Of a stretch of DNA of 42,573 nucleotides, positions 9,058 through 18,105 are shown piece after piece. The first letter of the stretch is position 1. Each line of letters begins with the position of its first letter. The notes beneath the pieces were generated by a model. The model was not told where the DNA came from. It worked only from the letters and a program-made list of their open reading frames with translations, and searched no databases. This DNA is from a bacterium (GTDB taxonomy: Bacteria; Bacteroidota; Bacteroidia; Sphingobacteriales; Sphingobacteriaceae): positions 1-42,573 of the forward strand of contig JBKCCA010000461.1 of the NCBI GenBank assembly GCA_046305595.1, in the 5' to 3' direction. The position numbers were made by a program, and so were the translations under genes.

Positions 9058-9978
9058 TTGAATTCTAGAGCAAAATATTTTTTAGCAGGAGCTTCATCAT
9101 CAGTCATATGGGGCTTCTTCTCATTATCACTTCGATCTATAAAAGATTACCCTTCATTGAATATTTTAATCTTTAGAGTATTCACTGCTTTATTGCTCAC
9201 ATCCGCAATCATATTAATTTTTAGAAAAGCAACTTTTAAAAATGATTTGAATTTTATTCAGTCATTAAGTAAAAATAATCGACGACAGTTATTACTAAGA
9301 ATTTTTTATTCAAGTGTGTTAGTCACATTGAATTGGTTTGCATTTATCTATGTGATCAATCATGTGAGTGTACAAGCCGGAGCCTTTGCGTACATGGTAT
9401 GTCCGATCGTTACCGCTGTATTTGCATTCATCTTTTTAAAAGAAGAGTTGAGCAAAATCAAATGGCTATCGATTGCATTGTGTTTAGTAAGTATAGTGAT
9501 GTTGGGAATGGGTTTCATCACTGAAGTAATTTATTCAGTCATCATCGCAGCATTATATGCTGGCTATTTAATTATTCAAAAAAGAATTGAAGGCGTTGAT
9601 AAATTAAATGTGTTGTTGATACAATTAATTATTTCATGTGTGTTCATTGTACCATTTACGTTCTCAGATAATTTGGTAGTACCGAATGATTTTCATTTCT
9701 GGACACAGATAGTTATCATATCATTAGTATTTACAATCATACCATTGTTTTTGAGTTTGTATGCATTGAAGGGATTACCATCATCGACTATGGGGGTATT
9801 GATTTATTTGAATCCGATTATAGCCTTTATAGTTGCGTTTTTATATTTCGACGAAGCAATTAATTTGCAGAAGGTGATAGCATATGGTATACTTTTGTTG
9901 TCGGTGGTGTTGTTTAATAAAAACTATTTTTTTGGGGTGTTTAAGCCACAAAATACTAATACTGGTGGCACGACTTAA
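9058..9978 (+). CDS. EamA/RarD-like drug/metabolite transporter family permease
   Basis: 306 aa, roughly ten hydrophobic segments, duplicated EamA-like halves. TTG start 2 nt after the ridA stop; the exact start is uncertain. Confidence 0.8.
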   Translation: MNSRAKYFLAGASSSVIWGFFSLSLRSIKDYPSLNILIFRVFTALLLTSAIILIFRKATFKNDLNFIQSLSKNNRRQLLLRIFYSSVLVTLNWFAFIYVINHVSVQAGAFAYMVCPIVTAVFAFIFLKEELSKIKWLSIALCLVSIVMLGMGFITEVIYSVIIAALYAGYLIIQKRIEGVDKLNVLLIQLIISCVFIVPFTFSDNLVVPNDFHFWTQIVIISLVFTIIPLFLSLYALKGLPSSTMGVLIYLNPIIAFIVAFLYFDEAINLQKVIAYGILLLSVVLFNKNYFFGVFKPQNTNTGGTT

Positions 9979-9992
9979 GTCGTGCCACCAGT
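9961..9992. terminator. 14-bp perfect hairpin between convergent genes (bidirectional terminator candidate)
   Basis: ACTGGTGGCACGAC (9961..9974), loop TTAA, GTCGTGCCACCAGT (9979..9992). The loop contains the EamA-gene stop codon (9976..9978). No clean U-run on the plus side; ATTAGTATTTTG follows on the minus side. Confidence 0.6.
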
Positions 9993-10003
9993 ATACCGCA
10001 AGA

Positions 10004-10029
10004 ATGCAGGATTAATTAAAAACCTGCAT
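10004..10029. terminator. Second, weaker hairpin between convergent genes
   Basis: ATGCAGG (10004..10010) pairs with CCTGCAT (10023..10029) around a 12-nt A/T loop. Lies 19 nt downstream of the minus-strand stop at 10048..10050. Confidence 0.35.
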
Positions 10030-10047
10030 AAATAATCAAGAGCTATT

Positions 10048-13000
10048 TTAGAAATCTAAACTAAGTGAAACGTAGTAAACAGGTTTCTCTGCGACCGTGC
10101 TGTTCTGCACACCCCATGCCATGTCGAAACGAACGAAGTAGCCCAATAGTCTGGTTCTTGCACCCCAACCAAAGCCTCCAACGATTGGAAATTTTGATTG
10201 AATGGCAACCACATTTACTGGGTCGCCTTGTACTTCAATTCTGTTAAATCTATTTTCATAACTGAACGGGTCGTTGCCTACCCATGCTCCACCTAAGTCT
10301 GCGAATGGCATCAATTGAAAGTTCTTTACGAAATCAGATTTAATGGGTCTGTTTAATAAGTAAGCAAATATGGGTACACGCACTTCTGTATTAATCACCA
10401 AGAAATTATTTCCGTTACGAATGTTCTGAGTGAAGCCTCTCATATTTGTGGCTAATGCCTGGTATTTATATGATCGATTTCTATCAACTTGTATCTCGTT
10501 GTTGAAACGAGGTATTAACCAACCATCAACACCACCTAAATAGTACATCACTTTTTGTTTTGCAATAGAACTAGATCCTGCTACCCTACTCGCAAAAATA
10601 ATTTGACGATGTATTTTTTGATAATGTCTAAAATCGAAACCCAAGTTGATCATATTCTCTGAAGCATTACCTACTTCTTTGAATTGCTCAACATAAATTT
10701 TAAAACGAGTACCATTAAATAAATTCAAGCCTTTGTTGCGCACATTATCATAAACATATTCAAGTCTGAAACCGATATTACTTCTATAGAAATTCGGGAT
10801 GTTCAATGTAAAACTATCGGTACCTAATACAATCGTTTCATCTCTTCTATAAAACACCGAACCACGAAGTGATTGCTGTTCGTTAAAAGGATATTTTAAA
10901 ATAGTTTTAAATTCATAACTATTTGTACGCACAGCCGCAATTCCAAAGAAATCATCACCACCCTGCTTGTAGAAAATAAATTGTTTATCAATTCTCTTTT
11001 TTAAATTTTCATAACTCAAGAAATATTCTGGCACTGTTAAATTACCTGCAAGTCTGAAACCTCCGACAATTCTGTGATCTTCCATCAAATCTGCAGTACC
11101 AATTTTTATCAAGGCATTAATGTTTGAATTCACAAAGATTGGTCCGACCCCGGTAAACTGCTGATACGTATTTGTAATTAAACTATTATCAATTTGACTC
11201 ACCACATAATTCGTTGAAACCTCTGGTGTATATGGCCTTGGCGACGATTTCTTAAAGAAGTCATCGAGGCTCATAGTCTTAATATTATTCGTTTTATTTT
11301 CTCTTTGCTTGACGTAAACAATCTGATATCCTTTTCCAGTTTTTTGTGTGACAGCAACTGTATTATCTGATTTTTCTCTAGGGAAGTCTGATTGAAAATA
11401 ATAGGTATCAAAGCCAGAACCAATAACTTTTTGATCAACAAAAGATGTATCATTTTCTAATCGCAACAATGAATCGGTAATGCTTTGCATTCGAATAGAA
11501 TCTGCTCTTGCGATTGAATCTTGCCTTTGCAATTCTGCAAATTTGGCCATCTTCTGTTCTTGATTTTTTCTAATCTTTAAAGAGAATGGTGTAAAAATAA
11601 TTCCACTCGAATCTGAAATACTTTTATTCAGTGGCTTTATATAAAGTTGTGTTTGATTATTATTTGAAATTATTTCAGTGAAACGCTTCGATCGTTTTGA
11701 TTGATCATGATCTAAGATATTTCTTGAATAATTACTTGCTACATAAGTGCTAAATGTATCTCTATATACTGATATTGTTGTGTCGTACCAAAATATAGTG
11801 GTATCGTATTGAAAGGCCAGAACACTATCAAATACTAGTATGTTACGGTTAATGATACCAGATTCATCACTTAAAAATGCAACTTTTGATGTGTCAATTT
11901 CTAATGGTTTTATCTCATTGATATATGGAGTGTTAGTTGCACGAGTTAATTCTGGATCTTTCTTATCATAATCGTAAATAAATAAATCGTAAGTATTAAA
12001 CATCGGAGATTTCGAATACGATTCTACCTTAATACTGTCAGCCACTCTATTTGAACTAAAAATTATTTTGCCTGATTTTTTTATAAACTTCGGATGTAAG
12101 TCATCGTACCAGTCGTTCGTAATTTGTTCATCTCTCCTCGATGGAATGTCGTAAACAAATATATCTGACTGTCCGTTACGCACCGCAGATATCACCCATT
12201 TTCTACCATCACTTGAATAATCAAAATCTAAAATCTTCTCGTATTTATACATGTTTGCCGAGACAGATTCTTTTTTATCACGAAGATTTACGATTTGAAC
12301 TAAAGCTCTACTCTTGTGCTCATATGCAATAGCTAGAAAAAAGCTATTCGGATGCCAACTCAGTATTGGTTCATTACCACTTACATTAAATGATGAAGCA
12401 CGCATACCTGTTTTGAAAATCTTCTTTGTCTTTTTCTCTTTTATATCATGGATGTAAACAAAATATTTTCCATTCTTATTAAGAATGTATGCATATGATT
12501 TTCCGTCGGGCGAAACTTTAAATTGCGTATAAGGTAAATTTGCTTTTCGCTTTTTATTCTTGTGTATTACTATTTCTTTCTTATTGAAAAGTTCCTTATT
12601 TAGGTCATCGTTTTTGTAAAGGTTTTTGTAGTATTCTAACCAGAGCGGACCTAATTCTTTAAAGTCAAGTCCGATGATGTACATAAAACCACTCTCCGCA
12701 TTTCTATTCACACGTGTCATATAAACAATGTTAGATACAGAGGCCATTCCATAATTATCAACTACATATTTCCAGATCGAATGCCCAGCAACCACAGCAT
12801 CTTTCTCTGCTATACGATTAAATTTTTTGAACCTTCCACTTAGAATACCATCTTTTAAATCATTGTCGAGTTTGTTATTCCACTCCTCAGCAATGTATGA
12901 TGTTAAGCCGGGTAAAAACCAATCGGGCAATGTGAGTAAAGTAGCGTTTGATAATTTCTCTTGGAGATTCCCTCCGTATAACATTTCAGAAATTAAAATA

Positions 13001-13455
13001 TTTGCAATACCAGTTCTAATTTGTTTTTGAAGTTCAATAGCACTACCATCAAAGTAAACAAAAAGTTTATCACCAATTAATTGAGTAACACCACCAGTAT
13101 TTTGTTGTTGATCTGTTACGAGTCCGAGATTGGTTTGCTTTAAATCAGATAATTTATTGTACGATAAAATTTTTATTCGACCTTCTAATTTATAGTCGAG
13201 TAGGTCTTCAATATCTTTTAAATTTTGTTCAGCAATTTTACCAACCATTGCGGCAAGTTCTTTACCATCTTTATAATAATAAGTATCGAAATGTGGTGAA
13301 CGATAGAAGAACCATTGGAAGTCTTTGTATTGAACTCTATTCTTTCCGAATTCAGTTTGAGTACCTTGTGCTTGTGCATAAATTTTTTGAGATGTTGACA
13401 TCAAGCCAACAAAGAATATCAATAAAAATCTCAAGTAAAATTTATACATTTTCAA
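10048..13455 (-). CDS. Outer-membrane protein: signal peptide, TolB-like PD40 beta-propeller repeats and C-terminal Omp85/BamA-like beta-barrel
   Basis: 1135 aa with signal peptide MKMYKFYLRFLLIFFVGLMSTSQKIYAQA. PD40-like repeats (SPDGKSYAYILNKNGKYFVYIHDI, SSDGRKWVISAVRNGQSDIFVYDI). C-terminal barrel strands end in ...YYVSLSLDF with a terminal aromatic residue. Confidence 0.85.
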   Translation of the reverse strand: MKMYKFYLRFLLIFFVGLMSTSQKIYAQAQGTQTEFGKNRVQYKDFQWFFYRSPHFDTYYYKDGKELAAMVGKIAEQNLKDIEDLLDYKLEGRIKILSYNKLSDLKQTNLGLVTDQQQNTGGVTQLIGDKLFVYFDGSAIELQKQIRTGIANILISEMLYGGNLQEKLSNATLLTLPDWFLPGLTSYIAEEWNNKLDNDLKDGILSGRFKKFNRIAEKDAVVAGHSIWKYVVDNYGMASVSNIVYMTRVNRNAESGFMYIIGLDFKELGPLWLEYYKNLYKNDDLNKELFNKKEIVIHKNKKRKANLPYTQFKVSPDGKSYAYILNKNGKYFVYIHDIKEKKTKKIFKTGMRASSFNVSGNEPILSWHPNSFFLAIAYEHKSRALVQIVNLRDKKESVSANMYKYEKILDFDYSSDGRKWVISAVRNGQSDIFVYDIPSRRDEQITNDWYDDLHPKFIKKSGKIIFSSNRVADSIKVESYSKSPMFNTYDLFIYDYDKKDPELTRATNTPYINEIKPLEIDTSKVAFLSDESGIINRNILVFDSVLAFQYDTTIFWYDTTISVYRDTFSTYVASNYSRNILDHDQSKRSKRFTEIISNNNQTQLYIKPLNKSISDSSGIIFTPFSLKIRKNQEQKMAKFAELQRQDSIARADSIRMQSITDSLLRLENDTSFVDQKVIGSGFDTYYFQSDFPREKSDNTVAVTQKTGKGYQIVYVKQRENKTNNIKTMSLDDFFKKSSPRPYTPEVSTNYVVSQIDNSLITNTYQQFTGVGPIFVNSNINALIKIGTADLMEDHRIVGGFRLAGNLTVPEYFLSYENLKKRIDKQFIFYKQGGDDFFGIAAVRTNSYEFKTILKYPFNEQQSLRGSVFYRRDETIVLGTDSFTLNIPNFYRSNIGFRLEYVYDNVRNKGLNLFNGTRFKIYVEQFKEVGNASENMINLGFDFRHYQKIHRQIIFASRVAGSSSIAKQKVMYYLGGVDGWLIPRFNNEIQVDRNRSYKYQALATNMRGFTQNIRNGNNFLVINTEVRVPIFAYLLNRPIKSDFVKNFQLMPFADLGGAWVGNDPFSYENRFNRIEVQGDPVNVVAIQSKFPIVGGFGWGARTRLLGYFVRFDMAWGVQNSTVAEKPVYYVSLSLDF

Positions 13456-13538
13456 TAAGCCCTTTTAAAGGAGCATTAAATTAACGAAATATTTCCCTTT
13501 ATAGCCTTAGAACTCTAAAATTTTATCATTTTTGTTCT

Positions 13539-14180
13539 ATGTTAACGATTAAGACTTTTACGTTTAATCCCTTTTCAGAGAACACTTATTTGCTCTATAA
13601 TGAGAAAAATGAGGCTATTCTTATTGATCCAGGATGTTACGAAGAATACGAAAAACAAGAATTAAGCCAATTTCTTACTGATAATAACATTGAAATTAAG
13701 TTATTGTTGAACACTCATTGTCATGTTGACCATGTTTTGGGCAATAATTTTATTGAGCAGAAATACGGATTAATCACTCGAATGCATAAATTAGAGCTTC
13801 CGGTATTAAGAGCGGTGGCAACATATGCAAGTAATTACGGTTTCGTTTATCAAGAAGCTACAGAATCGCAAGATTTCTTATTAGACTTCGAACAAATAAA
13901 TTTTGGTGATGATACACTCGAAGTTCTCTTCTGCCCTGGTCACAGTCCGGGTAGCGTTTGTTTCTACAACGCCAAACAAAATTTCATAATCGCGGGCGAT
14001 GTATTATTTTACAGAAGCATAGGCAGAACAGATTTACCAGGTGGTGATCATCCGACTTTAATTCGATCAATTAAAAATCGATTATTGAATTTACCCGCTG
14101 AAACAGTGGTGTACCCGGGGCATGGTCCATCGACAACTATTTCTGCCGAGAAACAATACAACCCATTTATTAATAGCTAA
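13539..14180 (+). CDS. MBL-fold metallo-hydrolase (glyoxalase II-like)
   Basis: 213 aa. HxHxDH motif NTHCHVDHV, downstream GHSPG and TDLPGGD motifs. Confidence 0.85.
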   Translation: MLTIKTFTFNPFSENTYLLYNEKNEAILIDPGCYEEYEKQELSQFLTDNNIEIKLLLNTHCHVDHVLGNNFIEQKYGLITRMHKLELPVLRAVATYASNYGFVYQEATESQDFLLDFEQINFGDDTLEVLFCPGHSPGSVCFYNAKQNFIIAGDVLFYRSIGRTDLPGGDHPTLIRSIKNRLLNLPAETVVYPGHGPSTTISAEKQYNPFINS

Positions 14181-15422
14181 ATGAATTTACCTTTTTACAT
14201 AGCCAAGCGATATTTATTTTCAAAGAAATCGACACAAGCGATTAATATCATTTCCTTGATTTCAATCATTGGTGTATGTGTAGGTTCAGCTGCATTGTTT
14301 ATAATTCTTTCTGTATTCAACGGTTTCGAAGATTTAAATTTAAAATATTACAAGCAGTTAAATCCAGATTTAAAAATACAAGTCGCTAACGAATCTGATT
14401 TTAATTATGCGGATGTTCAAAAATTTTTAACTGATTACAATTCAAAAGCATCAGTAGTACGTGTGTATGAAAATCATGCAATGTTAAAGTATTTACAAAC
14501 TCCTTATTATTCTAAAATTAAAGGAGTGAGTGAAGAATTTTTGAAGCAGAAAAATTTAAAAGAATCTTTATCGGCAGGTGTATTTAAATTTAAAGATGAG
14601 TATACCGAATACATGGTAATGGGTATGGGCATTGCGTATCAATTAGGTATTGATGTTACTCAAAATATTCAATCGGTAAGTGTGTTCGCGCCCAAGCCTG
14701 AGAAAAAAATTAATATGCTAGATCCGAGTGCTGCTTTAAACAGAGTGGAACTTTATCCGGCTGGAATGTTTTCTGTGAAGCAAGACATGGATCAAAATAC
14801 TTGTTTTGTATCATTAGCAAAAGCAGAAGAATTATTTCAAACGAATGGAAATATAAATGCAATTGAATTTTATTTGAATGATGAAAAAGAGATGAATGCG
14901 ATAAAGTCAGAATTGATAAAAGTATTACCCTCAAAGTTCATAGTAAAAGATCGATTTGAATTAAACGAGATGCTCTACAAGGTATTAAATACAGAGCGTT
15001 GGGGAGTTTATTTGATTTTAACTTTTATATTAACTGTAGCTATTAGTAATATCATTGGAGCGATCACGATGCTGATTATTGATAAGAAAAAAGATATTGC
15101 CATTTTAAATACATTAGGATTAAGTAATGAACAAATTAGAAAAGTTTATTTAATACAAGGTTTGTTGATATCATTTATTGGAGTGATCATCGGATTACTA
15201 TTAGGATCAATATTTGTTTTCTTACAAGAAAAATATGGCATCATCAAAATCAGCGGTTCAGAAGATTTTTTAATACAAGCATATCCGATTAAATTAATTT
15301 ATAGAGATTACTTCTTGGTGTTTTTAACAGTGATGGGCATATCATTTATTGCTTCATGGTTTAGTTCAAAACAGAGCAATATATTAGCGAGTGAGATAAA
15401 AGAAAATATCAATAATGTATAA
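14181..15422 (+). CDS. FtsX/LolC/LolE-family ABC transporter permease
   Basis: 413 aa. N-terminal TM helix, large periplasmic MacB-like domain, three C-terminal TM helices (FtsX topology). ATG directly follows the stop of the MBL gene. Confidence 0.85.
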   Translation: MNLPFYIAKRYLFSKKSTQAINIISLISIIGVCVGSAALFIILSVFNGFEDLNLKYYKQLNPDLKIQVANESDFNYADVQKFLTDYNSKASVVRVYENHAMLKYLQTPYYSKIKGVSEEFLKQKNLKESLSAGVFKFKDEYTEYMVMGMGIAYQLGIDVTQNIQSVSVFAPKPEKKINMLDPSAALNRVELYPAGMFSVKQDMDQNTCFVSLAKAEELFQTNGNINAIEFYLNDEKEMNAIKSELIKVLPSKFIVKDRFELNEMLYKVLNTERWGVYLILTFILTVAISNIIGAITMLIIDKKKDIAILNTLGLSNEQIRKVYLIQGLLISFIGVIIGLLLGSIFVFLQEKYGIIKISGSEDFLIQAYPIKLIYRDYFLVFLTVMGISFIASWFSSKQSNILASEIKENINNV

Positions 15423-15427
15423 GTCAA

Positions 15428-16075
15428 TTATGCAATCTCATTCAAAAGCGAAACACTCGTATTCTTAAGACTTTCTAAAGCAAGAGGTATATTCCAGTTC
15501 TCGCGATTTCTTCTTTCGACATAATTTGAAATGGCTCTAATTTGTATACAAGGAATGTTCATTTTCATGCAAACGTAGAAGAAGGCTGCACCTTCCATGC
15601 TTTCTATTTGCGGACTCAATAATAAACTTGTTTTCATGATAGAGTCATTATTACCATGAACTTTGTTGACGGTGATAGCTCTCACTTGTTTTAGTTTTTG
15701 CAAAGTAGAGAGCTCTTTATTGAGATGGGGTTTAAGTTCACCCCATACAAATGGATGCTCATCATGACGTTGAAGTCCTAATTGTATCAAACTCAAAAAA
15801 TCATCACCATCTTCAGCTCCCATTTCAGAAAACAAATCTTTACGCACCCAAACACAATCACCAATTTCAATATTTCTGTCGAACGCACCAGCGATACCAA
15901 GATTTATGGCATAATCGTATGATTTATTACTAAGACATTTTGTAAGCTCGAAGGTAGTGTTGATCATGCCCACACCAGTGATAAGAAAGTCAATATTGAC
16001 ATTTTCTTTCACAGGGATGTACCAGCGCATTTCAGCGATTTCGAATTCTGTAGCAGAAACGATAAGGATGTTCAT
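15428..16075 (-). CDS. mqnB: Futalosine hydrolase (PNP/UDP phosphorylase fold, menaquinone futalosine pathway)
   Basis: 215 aa. MNILIVSATEFEI... N-terminus, GIAGAF and MEGAAFFYVC motifs characteristic of the MqnB/MTA-nucleosidase-like family. Confidence 0.7.
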   Translation of the reverse strand: MNILIVSATEFEIAEMRWYIPVKENVNIDFLITGVGMINTTFELTKCLSNKSYDYAINLGIAGAFDRNIEIGDCVWVRKDLFSEMGAEDGDDFLSLIQLGLQRHDEHPFVWGELKPHLNKELSTLQKLKQVRAITVNKVHGNNDSIMKTSLLLSPQIESMEGAAFFYVCMKMNIPCIQIRAISNYVERRNRENWNIPLALESLKNTSVSLLNEIA

Positions 16076-16087
16076 AAAATAAAAATA

Positions 16088-16110
16088 GCGATTCTTTAGA
16101 AAAGAATCGC
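16088..16110 (-). terminator. Orphan intrinsic-terminator-like hairpin immediately upstream of the mqnB start
   Basis: GCGATTCTT (16088..16096) pairs with AAGAATCGC (16102..16110). On the minus strand it is followed by TATTTTTATTTT and then the mqnB ATG (16075). No minus-strand gene lies upstream. Confidence 0.4.
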
Positions 16111-16127
16111 AGAATTATTTTAATACC

Positions 16128-16273
16128 TCTTTTTTACCTTTTAATTTTGTAAATGAAAAAAGTAATTAGCTCCTCTGCAATAATTTAATAAGTACAACGG
16201 TCATTAATTTGTATTTTCTATTGTCATTATCACACCTTTTCATTTCAAAATTTAAAAGGTTGGGGAGATTTTT
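16128..16273 (+). repeat. Long-stem palindromic element, copy A (same family as 27996..28146 and 28190..28314)
   Basis: Arms 16136..16159 and 16237..16260 pair with two 1-nt bulges. G-U-rich outer extension 16128..16134 / 16262..16268 (16135 and 16261 form a T:T mismatch), then T5 (16269..16273). 42 nt (16150..16191) are identical to 28020..28061. TATCACACC lies just before the 3' arm. Confidence 0.8.
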
Positions 16274-16362
16274 CGGGCGTAGATAAGGTCTTTGGTTTTA
16301 CTTTAAGCACTAAGCTTCACTATTAGCATCCCTTAAATACTCGCATAAGTCTTCGAAATATT

Positions 16363-16390
16363 CTAGTCACTAGTCACCGGTTACCAGTCA
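16363..16390. repeat. Heptad-periodic simple-sequence tract
   Basis: CTAGTCA CTAGTCA CCGGTTA CCAGTCA, about 55 nt upstream of queD. Confidence 0.75.
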
Positions 16391-16418
16391 CATTATCACG
16401 ATTCAGCCAAAAAACCCT

Positions 16419-16426
16419 TATCTTTG
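16419..16426 (+). promoter_or_regulatory. Candidate Bacteroidota -7 promoter box for queD-folE
   Basis: TATCTTTG matches TAnnTTTG, 18 nt upstream of the queD ATG (16444). No clear -33 element was seen. Confidence 0.3.
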
Positions 16427-16443
16427 TTATTCAAACCTAAAAA

Positions 16444-16854
16444 ATGATTCACATCACACGTAGAGAGCGTTTTAATGCCGCTCATAAATTGTTTAGAGAA
16501 GATTGGTCGCAACAGAAAAATGCGGAAGTTTTTGGTAAATGCTCGAATCCGAATTGGCACGGACATAATTATGAATTGTATGTTACGGTTAAGGGTGAGA
16601 TAAATCCGGAGACTGGTTTCGTTATCGACTTAAAAGAATTGCGCGACATAATTAACAAAGAAGTGATCGATAAATTAGATCATAAGAATATTAATATCGA
16701 TGTTGATTTTATGCAAGGCAAAATGGCTTCGACTGAAGTGTTGGCGGTAGAGATTTGGAATCAATTAGTTGGACCTATTTCTAAAACGGAAGCTGTATTG
16801 CATAGCGTGAAGTTGTACGAAACTGAAAATAATTTTGTAGAATATTATGGATAA
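16444..16854 (+). CDS. queD: 6-carboxy-5,6,7,8-tetrahydropterin synthase / 6-pyruvoyl-tetrahydropterin synthase family
   Basis: 136 aa. [18 protein letters not shown] and ETENNFVEY motifs of the PTPS/QueD fold. Confidence 0.85.
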   Translation: MIHITRRERFNAAHKLFREDWSQQKNAEVFGKCSNPNWHGHNYELYVTVKGEINPETGFVIDLKELRDIINKEVIDKLDHKNINIDVDFMQGKMASTEVLAVEIWNQLVGPISKTEAVLHSVKLYETENNFVEYYG

Positions 16855-17476
16855 TAATATGGCTGAAGAAAATGAAATGGATGGTTATCTGAAAATTGAT
16901 AAGTACAATCCAGAAACTATTGCCAAAATTGCTGAGAAATATAAAAGCATATTATCTGATATTGGTGAAGACCCAGAACGCGAAGGACTTTTAAAAACGC
17001 CTGAACGTGTTGCAAAAGCTTTGCAATTCTTAACACATGGTTACGATATAAATCCGGCTGATATCTTAAGATCTGCCATGTTCAAAGAAGAATATTCGCA
17101 AATGGTGATTGTTAAAGACATTGAAATTTATTCAATGTGTGAGCATCATCTTTTACCATTTTTTGGTAAGGCGCATATTGCTTATATACCAAACGGACAT
17201 ATAGTAGGCTTGAGTAAAATTCCACGTGTCGCAGATGCCTTTGCAAGAAGATTGCAAGTACAAGAGCGATTAACAAATGAAATTAGAGATTGTATTCAAA
17301 ATACTTTACAGCCAGCAGGTGTTGCAGTGGTTATTGAATGTAAACATTTATGCATGAGCATGCGTGGTATTCAAAAGCAGAATTCTGTAACTACTACTTC
17401 TGCATTTACAGGTGCATTTGAAAATGAAAAAACTCGCTCTGAGTTTATGCGTTTGATTTCTGCAAACCTCGTTTAG
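16847..17476 (+). CDS. folE: GTP cyclohydrolase I
   Basis: 209 aa. [25 protein letters not shown] and [13 protein letters not shown] motifs. Start overlaps the queD stop by 8 nt; ATG 16859 is an alternative start. Confidence 0.92.
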   Translation: MDNNMAEENEMDGYLKIDKYNPETIAKIAEKYKSILSDIGEDPEREGLLKTPERVAKALQFLTHGYDINPADILRSAMFKEEYSQMVIVKDIEIYSMCEHHLLPFFGKAHIAYIPNGHIVGLSKIPRVADAFARRLQVQERLTNEIRDCIQNTLQPAGVAVVIECKHLCMSMRGIQKQNSVTTTSAFTGAFENEKTRSEFMRLISANLV

Positions 17477-18105
17477 AAAATAAAATAATAAGTATAGAAA
17501 TAATGACATGTGGCGCCTCCTACAACAAAGAGGTGCCATATTTCATGGAATCCTTTGTTGGGCTTCACCTTGTCTAAATGATAGATCCAGGCTCCGAAAG
17601 AATAGAATGCCCCTCCACCAAATAATAACATCAATGCATCGAATGGTAATTTTACGTAGAGTGTCTTCACTCCTAATAGCACCATCCAGCCCATTGCTAA
17701 ATATAAAATCAGCGATAATTTATGATGCATTAATCGGTTCGAAATTTTTGACCAAATACCGAATACAACAATCGACCATTGTAAGGTTAATAATGTCCAG
17801 AATACCCAACCCTCATACAATGCTATTAAGGTCGGAGTGTAGGTGCCGGCAATCATTAAGTAAATACTTGCATGATCTAACTTGCGCCATTGCTTAATAC
17901 CTTCGGCAGTTTTAGGGATGCCATGGTATAATGCGGATGATGCAAATAATAAAACAAAGCAAACAGTGTAAATTAATACTGATAGTATTTCAATATTGGT
18001 ATCTGCTTTTAACATTAAAAAATAACCTGCAGGTATACCTAAAATTGCAGGTATAATATGTGTGTAGAAATTAGCAGGCTCTCTTAGTAACGAACTAGTT
18101 TTCAT
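17473..18105 (-). CDS. Hemolysin III / PAQR family membrane protein
   Basis: ORF-track entry is 226 aa. ATG 18105 ([19 protein letters not shown]...) is the likely start. Seven TM segments with conserved [14 protein letters not shown] and HLFVVGG motifs. Its stop overlaps the folE stop. Confidence 0.85.
   Translation of the reverse strand: MKTSSLLREPANFYTHIIPAILGIPAGYFLMLKADTNIEILSVLIYTVCFVLLFASSALYHGIPKTAEGIKQWRKLDHASIYLMIAGTYTPTLIALYEGWVFWTLLTLQWSIVVFGIWSKISNRLMHHKLSLILYLAMGWMVLLGVKTLYVKLPFDALMLLFGGGAFYSFGAWIYHLDKVKPNKGFHEIWHLFVVGGATCHYFYTYYFIF

Noticed and set aside
16153-16188. An 11-codon mini-ORF (MKKVISSSAII, double stop) inside the long-stem element. It is identical in copy A (16153..16188) and copy B (28023..28058) and lies in the 42-nt identical block.
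   Set aside because: Copy C has no ATG or equivalent frame at this position although it keeps the structural layout. The ORF start is buried in the 25-bp stem, and 11 codons in AT-rich DNA is easily chance. The conservation is better explained by the RNA/DNA element itself.
16391-16443. Possible preQ1 riboswitch in the queD leader.
   Set aside because: I see no short stem-loop followed by the conserved A-rich tail/pseudoknot pattern of preQ1-I, II or III. The 50-nt leader appears unstructured, and the gene pair is equally consistent with folate/pterin synthesis.
17735-17760. GGTTCGAAAT string resembling a tRNA T-arm.
   Set aside because: It lies inside the hemolysin-III coding sequence, and no acceptor, D or anticodon arms can be drawn around it.
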